Below are positions 38,914 to 49,098 of a DNA stretch of 64,000 nucleotides, piece by piece. The stretch lies in assembly GCA_033762115.1 (NCBI GenBank), contig JANRLX010000093.1:1-64000 (forward strand), written 5' to 3'. Under the pieces are notes generated by a model that did not search any database, was not told the origin of the DNA, and was given only the letters and a program-made list of their open reading frames with translations. The stretch comes from Verrucomicrobiota bacterium (GTDB lineage Bacteria; Verrucomicrobiota; Verrucomicrobiia; Limisphaerales; SXQI01). Within the stretch, counting starts at the first letter, position 1. Every line of letters starts with the position of its first letter. Made by a program: the position numbers and the translations under genes.

Positions 38914-40397
38914 AATTCCTGATCTGCTTCCTGACGGTATGTTGTTCTCTGGCCGCAACCCGGCCCGCTGATCAAGGAGCGCTCCTTGAAAAAGCGATCA
39001 TCAATATCGAAATTACCCGCCGCCAATATGATCATATCCAACCCTGGAACCGGCGCGTGGATCAGGTCAGCAAAATAGGCACGCTAATCTCTCCAACTGA
39101 AATTTTGACGACTGCTGAATATTTTTCCGACCAGACCTTGATCCGGTTGCAAAAGCAGGGTCGCGGTCGCTGGTTTAAGGGCAAACTTCTTTGGGCAGAT
39201 TATCATGCCAACCTTGCCCTTGTGACGTGTGAGGAAGATCAATTTTGGGATGGCCTGAAACCTCTTTCATTGGCCGAAAAACCTCCCCGTTCGGGCACCG
39301 CTCAACTCGCGCGCTGGAGGAACGGCAACATGGAAGCAAGGAACGTGGAGATCAACCGCTATATTGTAAAACAGGGCAAGATCACCTTTATTGATTACCT
39401 TCACCTTGAAGTGGATTCTGAAATCAATGGCACAGGTTGGGCCGAAGCGATTGTGCAGGGAAATAAATTGATCGGGATCACCTCTTCAAAAGAGGAAAGC
39501 AGTTGCACTGTGCTGCCCTCCTCGTTCATTCGAAACGTTTTGGAAGCCCATAAACAGGGAGATCACAAAGGTCTGGGATATTTTGCCTTTGTTTGGCAAC
39601 GCTCAGAAAATCCTGCAACCCTGGATTATTTCAAACTTCCCGGTGAGCCACGAGGAGTGATGGTCATTGATGTCCCGCACGTTCCCGGTGAAACAAACAG
39701 CCTGATGCCTAAGGACATTATCCTGGAGATCGATGGGTTTTCCATTGATTTGCAAGGTGATTACAATGATCCCCAATTCGGCAACCTCCTTCTGGAGAAT
39801 CTGGCGACCCGAAATAAATGGGCGGGAGATAAAGTAAAACTGAAAGTCTGGCGTCAGGGGCAAATGAAGGAAGTGGGATATACATTGCCGAAAGCTGAAT
39901 ACAGCAATGAACTGGTCCCGTCAGAGGTGTTTGATACAGCTCCGGAATATGCCATCCTTGGTGGCCTCGTTTTTCAGCCGCTGACCGTTCCTTTTCTCCG
40001 CAGTTGGGGGGCGGACTGGCTCCGCAAAGCCCCGTTCAGATTGGCTTATTCCACCCGACAGAAAAAGCGACCGGATGAGCCGTCGTTGATCATGCTTTCC
40101 TTAATCCTTCCAGACCCCATTAACATTGGTTATCAGGAGTCCCGTTACCTGTTGGTGGAGAGCATCAATGGACGGAAGGTTCATACGATTGGAAATGTTC
40201 TTCAGGCGATTGAGCATCCCCGCGATGGTTTTCATGAAATTCTTTTCAAGGAAGGTGATTCGCTGCGGAGAATGGTCCTGGAAGCCAGTGAATTACCTGC
40301 CGCCACCCAAAGAGTGCTGCAGCGTTATGGAATCCAGGAGCCTTTTATGGTCAAGGAATTGCCAGGGTTAAAAACTGCGCAAAAGGGAAGTAATTAA
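38910..40397 (+). CDS. catalytically inactive Deg-like paralogue with PDZ domains
   Basis: Same architecture (GGLVFQPLT), but the triad positions read TTAEY / ANLAL / GTGWAEA. ATGA overlap with the upstream protease. Confidence 0.8.
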   Translation: MKFLICFLTVCCSLAATRPADQGALLEKAIINIEITRRQYDHIQPWNRRVDQVSKIGTLISPTEILTTAEYFSDQTLIRLQKQGRGRWFKGKLLWADYHANLALVTCEEDQFWDGLKPLSLAEKPPRSGTAQLARWRNGNMEARNVEINRYIVKQGKITFIDYLHLEVDSEINGTGWAEAIVQGNKLIGITSSKEESSCTVLPSSFIRNVLEAHKQGDHKGLGYFAFVWQRSENPATLDYFKLPGEPRGVMVIDVPHVPGETNSLMPKDIILEIDGFSIDLQGDYNDPQFGNLLLENLATRNKWAGDKVKLKVWRQGQMKEVGYTLPKAEYSNELVPSEVFDTAPEYAILGGLVFQPLTVPFLRSWGADWLRKAPFRLAYSTRQKKRPDEPSLIMLSLILPDPINIGYQESRYLLVESINGRKVHTIGNVLQAIEHPRDGFHEILFKEGDSLRRMVLEASELPAATQRVLQRYGIQEPFMVKELPGLKTAQKGSN

Positions 40398-40705
40398 ACG
40401 TCGCGGCGAAACTCAACTTCCCCGCAGTCACGCCAGACAAAAACCAATTTGTCAGGGTTGATAACCTTCAATTCGCCGGGAACAAAGCGTGGGTTGCGAA
40501 ATTCCTTTTCCGCAACCTGTCCTTCCCCTGCGCCTGTTTTAAGATTGGCCCGAAAGGTAATTTCATTGGCAGGCACATAATCATCCCCTGTAACTTTCAC
40601 CGCTTCCAGTTGATCACCACATTGCGTGATGCGGACCACCTCATCAAAATGCCCTGCATAAAAGCCAAGCCATTCTCCTGAAAAATCCATGTCTGATTGC
40701 GCCAT
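40394..40705 (-). CDS. stand-alone Cyclin-D1-binding/DUF3506-like domain protein
   Basis: G.W.G.Y..H..EVV, A.KVTGD.YVPA.EITF, G.GQVA...F.NP.FVPG.L pattern. Confidence 0.75.
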   Translation of the reverse strand: MAQSDMDFSGEWLGFYAGHFDEVVRITQCGDQLEAVKVTGDDYVPANEITFRANLKTGAGEGQVAEKEFRNPRFVPGELKVINPDKLVFVWRDCGEVEFRRDV

Positions 40706-41039
40706 GCTTTTACTTTACAATTCTCTGCCCCTATTTCAACTCCAGAGCCCAAATCGCTCTGTTTCTGTAAGGTTTTTTCAGGTATTTGCCTGATATTCAA
40801 AGACACCCGCGAAGCTATATTGCGCATGTGACAGGGCTTCCCATAGAGGTCGCCCGACACAAAGCGAGGCAGTGGGAATAATCCACTGTAAGTCACAGAC
40901 TGAGGCAGCTAACTTTAATTAGCTGCCTTCTCGTTTTTGCATCAAACTGATATTCGGGCCTTCCATGATAAGAAATCTTGCAGACGCCCCGATTGAGAAC
41001 CGTTGAGTTTGGGCGATTCTACCAAAGAAAGGTGGGATT

Positions 41040-41429
41040 ATGAAAAGAGCATTGGGAACAGTTTTAACAGCAATTTCAATCACAGTTCTGACAGGTTGTG
41101 CAGGGGGGGCAGACAAGCGAAGTACGGGGCAATTATTGGACGATACTGCCTTGCATGCCAAGGTAAAGGCAGCCCTGGTCAATGATCCGGAAATTTCGGG
41201 GACCAAAGTGGATGTGGATGTTGAACGGGGTGTTGTTCGACTCAGCGGGCCCGCAGCGAACCAGCAGGCGAAAACCAAAGCCGAAGAACTGGTTTGGGGT
41301 GTGCAGGGAGTGCGCGCTGTGGAAAACAACCTGGAACTGACTCCCACAAATGACCGTGACACCGAGGTGAAGGTCGAAGCCGAAGTGGATGATGATGTTG
41401 AGGTGGAGGGGGAAATCGAAAAGAAGTAA
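41040..41429 (+). CDS. BON-domain (OsmY-like) lipoprotein
   Basis: Lipobox LTGC, DD..L.AKVKAAL, GVVRLSG, V.GV..V.NNL; acidic tail. Confidence 0.88.
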   Translation: MKRALGTVLTAISITVLTGCAGGADKRSTGQLLDDTALHAKVKAALVNDPEISGTKVDVDVERGVVRLSGPAANQQAKTKAEELVWGVQGVRAVENNLELTPTNDRDTEVKVEAEVDDDVEVEGEIEKK

Positions 41430-41446
41430 ACTTCTCAATTAATTTT

Positions 41447-41474
41447 AAAGGCGTGGTAACACCACGCCTTTTTT
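41447..41474 (+). terminator. intrinsic terminator
   Basis: AAAGGCGTGGT-AAC-ACCACGCCTTTTTT. Confidence 0.85.
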
Positions 41475-41539
41475 GTTCTGGGCCATGACTGCAGTTCTCA
41501 GGATTGTCACAGCCCTGTTCCCGCTTCACACTGTCCGAA

Positions 41540-43777
41540 ATGATTGCACGGGTGGCGCTTGATCTTTCTGTTCGGAAGGAATTCGATTATCTTGTCCCTG
41601 CCGAATTGGAGGCAGAAGTGGAGGTGGGAACGCGGGTCAGGGTTCCTTTTGGCTCCCGGGAACTTCTCGGAACTGTGATAGAGATCGTCACGGTCTCGCC
41701 GCATACCAACCTTCGTTCCATTGTTAAGGTGGCTGGCAGCAAATCCCCGCTGACTCCTGCCATTCTTAAACTGGCTCAATGGATCTCTTCATATTATTGC
41801 TGTCCCCTGGAAATGGTCATCAAAACTGCGCTCCCTGATTCTGTTCGTAAGGAAAAGGCGGGTTGGCGGGAGAGGTTAATGATTCGTCTTAATCCGGTTG
41901 CCGAAAAACTCAACGATTTAAAATTAACCTCACGGCAGAAGCAACTGGTTGAGGCGTTGGAATCGTTCGGCGGGCAGGCTCCTCTGCAACAGTTCCTGGA
42001 AAAAACGCGAAGTTCTCCAGCAACCGTTCGTAAGCTTGAAGACATTTCCGTGGTTGCCATCGGTGCGGAAATTTCTGAACGCGATCCCTACGCAAATGAA
42101 ACCATTTTGCCCACTCTTGCATTAAAGCTCAATTCCGAGCAACAGGTTGCATTGTCAGAAATCAGGCAGGCCATGGATGCAGGGCCCAAAGCCCCCACTC
42201 CCAGGACTTTTCTTCTTCATGGGGTCACCGGGAGCGGGAAGACAGAAGTCTATCTTCAAGCCATCGCTCATGCCTTGAACCAGAATAAGGGTTCCATAGT
42301 TCTTGTGCCGGAGATCTCGTTGACTCCTCAAACCGTCGAGCGTTTTAAAGCGCGCTTCAGCTCCGGTCCGAAGGCAACTCTAGTGGCTGTCCTTCACAGC
42401 CATCTCTCCGCTGGAGAACGGCATGACGAATGGCAAAAAATTCGTCAGGGCCGTGCACGAATCGTGATCGGGGCGCGTTCCGCGGTTTTTGCCCCGGTCC
42501 TTTCCTTGGGATTGATCATTGTGGATGAAGAGCATGAGCACTCATATAAACAGGAGGAAAGCCCTCGTTATCACGCCCGTGATGTTGCAGTCATGAGAGG
42601 TGCTTTTGAAAAAGCGGTCACCATCCTGGGTTCCGCCACCCCGAGCATGGAGAGCTACTTCAATGCGAGCAGCGGCAAGTATCGCCTCCTTTCAATGCCG
42701 ACACGCGCCGATGATAAAAAATTGCCGATCGTGCGAGTCATTGACATGGCAATGGAAAGCCGCCGTGAAAAAAGCACCCCCATCTTTTCGTTGCCGTTAC
42801 GGGAAGCAATTCTTCAGCGGCTCGAACGCAAGGAACAAACAATCCTTTTCCTGAATCGCCGCGGCTACGCGTCATCACTGCAATGTCCCCGATGCGGACA
42901 TGTGGCAGGTTGCCCGAACTGCAGCATTGCGCTGACCTATCATCGCAAGGCACAAAAGCTTTCCTGCCATATTTGTGGACATCACCAACCCGCACCGACG
43001 ATTTGTCCCGAACCCAAATGTCGCAATCCTGCTATTCGGTATGCAGGAATCGGCACCGAAAGAGTCGAGGAGTCTCTTTCCAAGCTGTTTCCTCAAGCAA
43101 AGCTCGCACGCATGGACTCAGATACTCTGAAACGAAAGGAGGATTATCGAAGGATTTTGGGAGATTTTCGGACGGGGAAAATTGATATTCTGGTGGGTAC
43201 TCAAATGATCGCCAAGGGGCTGCACTTTCCAAATGTCACTCTGGTGGGAATTGTTTATGCGGATCTCAGTCTGCACATTCCGGATTTTCGGGCCGGTGAA
43301 CGGACGTTTCAGCTTCTTACCCAGGTGGCTGGCAGAGCTGGACGGGGTGATGTGGAAGGAGAGGTGTTTGTTCAATCACTCACCGCGTATCATCCTGCCA
43401 TCCAGTATGCTCGCAGACATGATTACGTTGGTTTTTATGAACAGGAAATCGAGTTCCGCGAACAGCTTCAATATCCGCCAGCCAGTCGGGCCGCGATGAT
43501 CACATTGAGAGGTCAAAGTGAGGAAAAAGTTCAATTCAGCGCCCAGCATGTACGCCAGCAACTGAAAAAGCTGTTGCCAGAGTTTCCCGGGCTTGTGATT
43601 GCCGGGCCCGCCCCCTCTCCGCTCTTAAAAGCGGAAACTTTTTACCGTTACCAGATCATGCTCCGCACCCGCTCCATGTCCCGATTGAGCGTTCGCCTGG
43701 CGGAATTGTTCTCCTCGCCTGAATTGGTCGAGGATGTCCGCATGATCATTGATATTGATCCTGTTAGCCTGGTCTAA
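41540..43777 (+). CDS. priA: primosomal protein N'
   Basis: GVTGSGKTEVY, VPEISLTPQ, DEEHE, LNRRGY, Cys-rich zinc region, GTQMIAKG, QVAGRAGR. Confidence 0.96.
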   Translation: MIARVALDLSVRKEFDYLVPAELEAEVEVGTRVRVPFGSRELLGTVIEIVTVSPHTNLRSIVKVAGSKSPLTPAILKLAQWISSYYCCPLEMVIKTALPDSVRKEKAGWRERLMIRLNPVAEKLNDLKLTSRQKQLVEALESFGGQAPLQQFLEKTRSSPATVRKLEDISVVAIGAEISERDPYANETILPTLALKLNSEQQVALSEIRQAMDAGPKAPTPRTFLLHGVTGSGKTEVYLQAIAHALNQNKGSIVLVPEISLTPQTVERFKARFSSGPKATLVAVLHSHLSAGERHDEWQKIRQGRARIVIGARSAVFAPVLSLGLIIVDEEHEHSYKQEESPRYHARDVAVMRGAFEKAVTILGSATPSMESYFNASSGKYRLLSMPTRADDKKLPIVRVIDMAMESRREKSTPIFSLPLREAILQRLERKEQTILFLNRRGYASSLQCPRCGHVAGCPNCSIALTYHRKAQKLSCHICGHHQPAPTICPEPKCRNPAIRYAGIGTERVEESLSKLFPQAKLARMDSDTLKRKEDYRRILGDFRTGKIDILVGTQMIAKGLHFPNVTLVGIVYADLSLHIPDFRAGERTFQLLTQVAGRAGRGDVEGEVFVQSLTAYHPAIQYARRHDYVGFYEQEIEFREQLQYPPASRAAMITLRGQSEEKVQFSAQHVRQQLKKLLPEFPGLVIAGPAPSPLLKAETFYRYQIMLRTRSMSRLSVRLAELFSSPELVEDVRMIIDIDPVSLV

Positions 43778-43850
43778 CAATCATCGAAGGGTTTTGTATC
43801 CGTATTTTGATTTATTGACGGCTTACCAGGCAGAACGGAATACTTTACAC

Positions 43851-44996
43851 ATGCGATGCTATTTATCATTAATCCTTTGTCTTACTTTAATATCGTTGGG
43901 AGCAGATACTCAAACTGGATATTATCCGATATTTGTAACTACGATGCCAAAGGAGACTTCAACAGTACATGCGAATAGCAACTATTATTCAATATTCCTG
44001 CTGGGAGTTAATTTGAATCGCGATGATCAATGGAGTTCCAGAAACGATATTGCACTAACTGCCAAGCTGACTGTCCAGGGGCAAGAAATTGATGTGCCTG
44101 TTTATCAACGCTATGATAAAGGTGTGGATGGACGCCTGGGTATTATCAACTACCCTTTACTTACTACGATTCCCGCAGTGGGAGATACTTTTCAAGTCGG
44201 AATTGAAATTGTTAGAAGGAACAAAAACGATCCTCTTAAGAAAGCAATTGATTTTTTAACCAAATCGGGAGGTGATTCCAGATTGACCACCTACGCTGCT
44301 CATGCCGTTCCTTACATTACTCTCATAGGTTCGGTGGCAAAAGACCTCTATACTGCTTTTGGTCCGCCAGCAGAAGGAGACCTTTTATTCAAGATGAACC
44401 CTGTGGGATTTTCACCTGCAGAAGGGAACGATAACGCTGGCTTTTTGTTACACGATACAATAATTATTCTTTATAAGGGATCAAGCCCTGCACCGGCTGG
44501 AATGATTACTTACTCTGAAGAAGGGGGCTTCGCTGATCCTTCTGCTTACCTTAGAACAGGTCAATGGGTCGCCCTTCGTATTCGAAAGCACAATCGACGT
44601 CACGATTATCATAAACGCTTGTGGCACACCCGGTATAATCAAGGGATTGCGGCGCTCCCAAGAGCAAAAGACAGTGCATCAATTCAGCAGATTGAAGCTA
44701 TTTTGAATGAAGCTCGAATTTTATTGCGAGCCGATGAAGATTTCACTGTACAGGATAAGCTTAAAATTGAAAACGAATGGGACACGGCAATTGCTGCTGC
44801 AAAGAGCAGCTTATTAGCTGGAAACTCCAAAGCTTTGGAGGATGCTTTAAGAAGAGCGGTGACAAAGCCGAGCAAAATTAACCCGCAATTGGGTGCTGCT
44901 GATTCCAGCAGCCTTTTGGAAAGTTCGATTGGCACGCAAGTCAAGGATATTCAACTCTTCAAGCCGGAGGTTATTTCCAAACAGCTAAGCCGCTGA
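43851..44996 (+). CDS. secreted hypothetical protein, AT-rich
   Basis: 381-aa ORF with signal peptide (MRCYLSLILCLTLISLGA) and visibly lower GC than its flanks. Confidence 0.75.
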   Translation: MRCYLSLILCLTLISLGADTQTGYYPIFVTTMPKETSTVHANSNYYSIFLLGVNLNRDDQWSSRNDIALTAKLTVQGQEIDVPVYQRYDKGVDGRLGIINYPLLTTIPAVGDTFQVGIEIVRRNKNDPLKKAIDFLTKSGGDSRLTTYAAHAVPYITLIGSVAKDLYTAFGPPAEGDLLFKMNPVGFSPAEGNDNAGFLLHDTIIILYKGSSPAPAGMITYSEEGGFADPSAYLRTGQWVALRIRKHNRRHDYHKRLWHTRYNQGIAALPRAKDSASIQQIEAILNEARILLRADEDFTVQDKLKIENEWDTAIAAAKSSLLAGNSKALEDALRRAVTKPSKINPQLGAADSSSLLESSIGTQVKDIQLFKPEVISKQLSR

Positions 44997-45224
44997 AAAT
45001 CCATTTTGCTGTTTCGTTCTAGTTGACCTCGGAGAAAAATTTCTTCCCCCGATTGTTTTCAGGTTTTTTTGCATTATTCTAAGACTGGATGCAGTCATGG
45101 GAGGGCTGCTCCGGTCACATGAATTTAGCGGGTGCACAATTTTCTGGCCGACGTGGGAAGGGGAAAGTTCCACGAACGGCATTGTCACGCCCGTTAGAAT
45201 GGTATTTCTGAAAGGTTTCTCTTC

Positions 45225-48140
45225 ATGCCGAATCCATACATCTATCCACGACCTGAATATCCACGCCCTGATCGTCAGCGCGCAACTTTGGAAGGACAGG
45301 ATTGGATCAACCTCAATGGACCCTGGCAATTTCGGTTTGATGGTGAAAAAATCGGTGAAAAGGAAGGCTGGTTTCAACCGGATGGTTTGCCCTGGAGGGA
45401 ACAGATTATCGTGCCATTCTGTTGGGAAAGTCTTGCCGCCTGGGGGGAGGGGGACTCAGCTGGAAATGAGAATTATTATGCCACCCGCGTCTTTAAAAAT
45501 CCGCTCGAGGTGACGCGGCAAAACCATCGGCATGCGCCAAGGTATGAAGTAGGCTGGTATCGCAGGGAAATCACCATTCCCACCCACCCAGCCTGGGAGG
45601 GAAAGCGTGTCATATTAATTGTTGGCGCAGCAGATTTTTTTACAGATTGCTGGTGCAACGGAAAGCATCTCGGGCACCATGAGGGAGGGTATCTCCCCTT
45701 TGAATTCGATATCACTGACTCACTCGAAAGCCGGGCGGATGGCAAGTGGCATGGCTGGGTGGTGTTTCGAGTGGAGGATCCCATGGATAACAAGGAGCAG
45801 CCCGTGGGAAAACAGTGGCGTTGGTACACCACCAATAGCGGTATTTGGCAAACAGTTTATATCGAGCCCCGCTCCCCGGTTTACCTTCAGAATTTTTTCA
45901 TCAGCCCCGATATCGATGCTGGAACCGCTTTGTTCGAAGTTGAGTGCGTCAATGCGGAAACCGGTTGCGTCCTTTTTGCGCAAATCACTCCGCCTTGTTC
46001 CGGCCAGCCTTTCGACATCGAAATCCCCATTGCCAATAACACAGGGCGGCAACTGGTTCGGATTAATCCCCTGCACTTGTGGAATCCGAACGAACCGCAT
46101 CTCTACCGTGTCCGTTTTGAATTAAGGGATGGTGGTTCAGTGCGTGATCTGGTTCACAGTTACTTTGGGATGCGAAAAATATCTCACATGCCCACTGCCG
46201 ATCCCACCGCACCTGAAGTGTTGACCCTGAACAATGTGCCCCGTTATCTGCGCGGCGCTTTGCACCAGGCTTATTATCCGGAAGGAGTTTATACTGCGGG
46301 AGATGTTGAGCGCTTCAAAAACGACATCGAATTTGCAAAAAAGGTCGGATTCAACTTCCTGCGGGTGCATATCAAGCTGGAAGACCCACTCCTTCTTTAT
46401 TATGCGGACACGATGGGAATGTTAATCATGGCTGACTTCCCGAATTTCGGGGAGGGAGGCGATACTCCATTAGGGCGCCAGCGATATGAAACGATGATGC
46501 GGGCGGCGATCAAGCGTGATTTTAATCATCCCTCGATTTTTGCCTGGTGCTTGTTCAATGAGACATGGGGCTTCGGGGGGCAGGTTGAGTTCGTCAAATT
46601 ATTCAGCGGTGATCCTGCGGGAGTTGCTGAAGGCAACCCTCCACCGGCGGCGATTTCAGGCGTCAGCGGGTTGGTAACTCAAAAAACCACAGAGGAAGCA
46701 AAAACAAAAGCCGAGGGGCAGGATGAAGCGGATGCAGCAGTCACCAAGGTTAAGCTTTCCAATCAAAGCTCCCATTCATGGGTTCAACGGATGTGGGAAT
46801 TAGCCAAGAAGTTGGACACGACCCGGCTGATTGAGGATATGAGCGTCGTGCATTGGGAGCACCTTGATTATTACGCTCATGGAGATACAGACATCAACTC
46901 CTGGCATTTCTACATGCACGATTACTCCAAGGCCAAGGAGCATATAGAGAAGGTGGTGGGAGCGACTTACGTGGGTTCCACCTTCAATTATGTGGAAGGG
47001 TTCAAGCAGAAAAGTCAGCCATTGATCAATTCAGAGTATGGCGGCATCGGGGCCCTTGACGGTGACCGGGATGTCAGCTGGAGCTTCAAGTTTTTGACCA
47101 ACGAACTTCGCCGCCACGGGAAAGTCTCTGGTTATATCTTTACTGAACTGCATGATGTGGAGTGGGAATACAACGGGTTCATGAATTACGATCGTACCCC
47201 GAAACAATTCGGCTACGATCCCCGGATCATTAACGAAAGCGACACCCTGCCGATTGATGCGCCGCCCATGCAAAGGGTCAAACCGGGCGCCAAAGTCACA
47301 GTGCCTGTCGCTTCTTCTCACTACTCCACCACTTACAAAAAAAATGTCGTTCTCAAATGGCACCTGGGTGGGATTGATACCCTGGGGAAACTTCACCAGG
47401 ACATTGCAGTGGGGGCCGTTCCAATTCCGTTCCCACACCGGAGCGTGGCCCATGCCCACACGATTGAACTGGAAATGCCTCATCAACCCATGCTTTGCAC
47501 ATTATCCATTGAAGCTCTCAACTCAAATGGATGCAGAATTGCGAGCAACTTTTTGAGCATCCTCGTTTCTGATGGCTATCCTGTGCCGCATGAGCAGGGG
47601 GACCGGATTACTGTGCTCCGTGGCGCACCCGCTGACTGGGCCCGGTCTGAGTGGAGCGGCTACGCCGGGAATCGGGAGCAGGAACGGGCTGAGGATGTCT
47701 GCTATGGATATGGACATGGATATTTTGAATGGGACCTCCCTCTCCATGGTGCAGACATTCACAAGGCGTATCGCATTCGCGTTCTTTGTGAAGCTTCCTC
47801 TCGTCGCATCGACTCTCCCCAAACGGATGATGATCACCTTCCCTCCACAATGCAGATGTTCCTCAACGGCCTGCGTGTGTATGAAGCCACGCTGGTGGAC
47901 CATCCTCACGATTCACGTGGTGTGTTGAGTTATTTGCGTGAGGGAAAAGGAGCCTACGGTTATCTGGCCCATGCCACTGCGGAGGGGGAGTTACTGCGGC
48001 GAATTGCAGAGGCGTCCGATGGTCATATCCGTCTTCGATGTGAGGTGCCAGCTTCGACCATCGCCCAGAACGGCCTTTCGATATATGGTGCGGAATGTGG
48101 ACGTTACCCGATCTGCCCGACGGTAGTCATTGAATGGTGA
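45225..48140 (+). CDS. glycoside hydrolase family 2
   Basis: YPRP, NLNGPWQF, HEGGYLPF, SGIWQTV, FNHPSIFAWCLFNE (acid/base), INSEYGG (nucleophile). Confidence 0.88.
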   Translation: MPNPYIYPRPEYPRPDRQRATLEGQDWINLNGPWQFRFDGEKIGEKEGWFQPDGLPWREQIIVPFCWESLAAWGEGDSAGNENYYATRVFKNPLEVTRQNHRHAPRYEVGWYRREITIPTHPAWEGKRVILIVGAADFFTDCWCNGKHLGHHEGGYLPFEFDITDSLESRADGKWHGWVVFRVEDPMDNKEQPVGKQWRWYTTNSGIWQTVYIEPRSPVYLQNFFISPDIDAGTALFEVECVNAETGCVLFAQITPPCSGQPFDIEIPIANNTGRQLVRINPLHLWNPNEPHLYRVRFELRDGGSVRDLVHSYFGMRKISHMPTADPTAPEVLTLNNVPRYLRGALHQAYYPEGVYTAGDVERFKNDIEFAKKVGFNFLRVHIKLEDPLLLYYADTMGMLIMADFPNFGEGGDTPLGRQRYETMMRAAIKRDFNHPSIFAWCLFNETWGFGGQVEFVKLFSGDPAGVAEGNPPPAAISGVSGLVTQKTTEEAKTKAEGQDEADAAVTKVKLSNQSSHSWVQRMWELAKKLDTTRLIEDMSVVHWEHLDYYAHGDTDINSWHFYMHDYSKAKEHIEKVVGATYVGSTFNYVEGFKQKSQPLINSEYGGIGALDGDRDVSWSFKFLTNELRRHGKVSGYIFTELHDVEWEYNGFMNYDRTPKQFGYDPRIINESDTLPIDAPPMQRVKPGAKVTVPVASSHYSTTYKKNVVLKWHLGGIDTLGKLHQDIAVGAVPIPFPHRSVAHAHTIELEMPHQPMLCTLSIEALNSNGCRIASNFLSILVSDGYPVPHEQGDRITVLRGAPADWARSEWSGYAGNREQERAEDVCYGYGHGYFEWDLPLHGADIHKAYRIRVLCEASSRRIDSPQTDDDHLPSTMQMFLNGLRVYEATLVDHPHDSRGVLSYLREGKGAYGYLAHATAEGELLRRIAEASDGHIRLRCEVPASTIAQNGLSIYGAECGRYPICPTVVIEW

Positions 48141-48189
48141 TGAGGGAGGAGAAAAACTAACGCCCCTGCATGATGGAAGTGGGAACCCC

Positions 48190-48212
48190 ATGCTCCCATC
48201 CTTTGGGAGCAT
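48190..48212. terminator. hairpin between convergent genes
   Basis: ATGCTCCCA-TCCTT-TGGGAGCAT, without a strong U-tract. Confidence 0.4.
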
Positions 48213-48315
48213 TCCATGGACGATCAGTCATGTTATCCTGCTCAGTGGAAGCGCAACCGGTAAGGCAAAGGGCCGCAACTGCAATTGACAGAAATTGAAA
48301 AACCCGCTTCATCGA

Positions 48316-49068
48316 TCAATAGATCACTTGGTCGCCCTCCATCACTTCATCCTGTTTCCATTCAGGAATGATGTTGGCAATGGCGCGATTTGGTTCCACG
48401 GAAGTGATTTTGACTTTTGCAACAAGGCGGCCATCCCGATTGACCAGCATGCGGGCATTTTCGACAAGGCCCTGGTTTCCCCCGATATCGAGGACGACAA
48501 AATCATACTTTGGGTCCACCGCGAGGATTTTCCCTTTGGTTCCGGCGGGCAACGTCGGTTCAGTATTGCCCCCTGTATATTTTGCGAGTTCAGCTTCGAG
48601 CAGCTTGCGGCGACGGTTCAATAATTGATTATCCGCCGCAAACACATCCCGTTCCTCGGTAATGCGGCGAAGCTCGTCGCGTTGTTTCTGGATATCTTCA
48701 ATGCGTGCTCCCAACGCTTTCCATGCGGCAAGTTCACGCTGCGTATCGTTCCGTTCAGCAATGGTGTTCTGGAGTTCGGTCGTGGCGCGATTTGCGCGTT
48801 CCTGCTGTTCAGTCGCCTTACTGACTGCGGCGGCCAGAGCGTTGGTCGCATTATTCAGGTCTTTGACAGCGACTTCGAGGTTTTCCTTGGCAGTTTTCTC
48901 GGCGGCACGAGCAGCGGCTTCACTTTCCTGAGATTGGCTCAACTGAGCTTGAGTGTCTGCAAGGCTGGCATTAAGCCCGGTGATTTTCGTGCCCACTTGG
49001 AAATGGGTCAGGTACAAGGTCACTACCCCGACCAAAATGGCCAAACCGAGACTGATCTTCAGTAACAT
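48316..49068 (-). CDS. membrane-anchored coiled-coil protein with C-terminal beta-barrel
   Basis: N-terminal TM, ~140-aa coiled coil, GKILAVDPKYDFVVLDIG...EGDQV tail. Confidence 0.75.
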   Translation of the reverse strand: MLLKISLGLAILVGVVTLYLTHFQVGTKITGLNASLADTQAQLSQSQESEAAARAAEKTAKENLEVAVKDLNNATNALAAAVSKATEQQERANRATTELQNTIAERNDTQRELAAWKALGARIEDIQKQRDELRRITEERDVFAADNQLLNRRRKLLEAELAKYTGGNTEPTLPAGTKGKILAVDPKYDFVVLDIGGNQGLVENARMLVNRDGRLVAKVKITSVEPNRAIANIIPEWKQDEVMEGDQVIY

Positions 49069-49098
49069 GGTGCGCTGCTATGGTTGTTTTGTCGGGGA

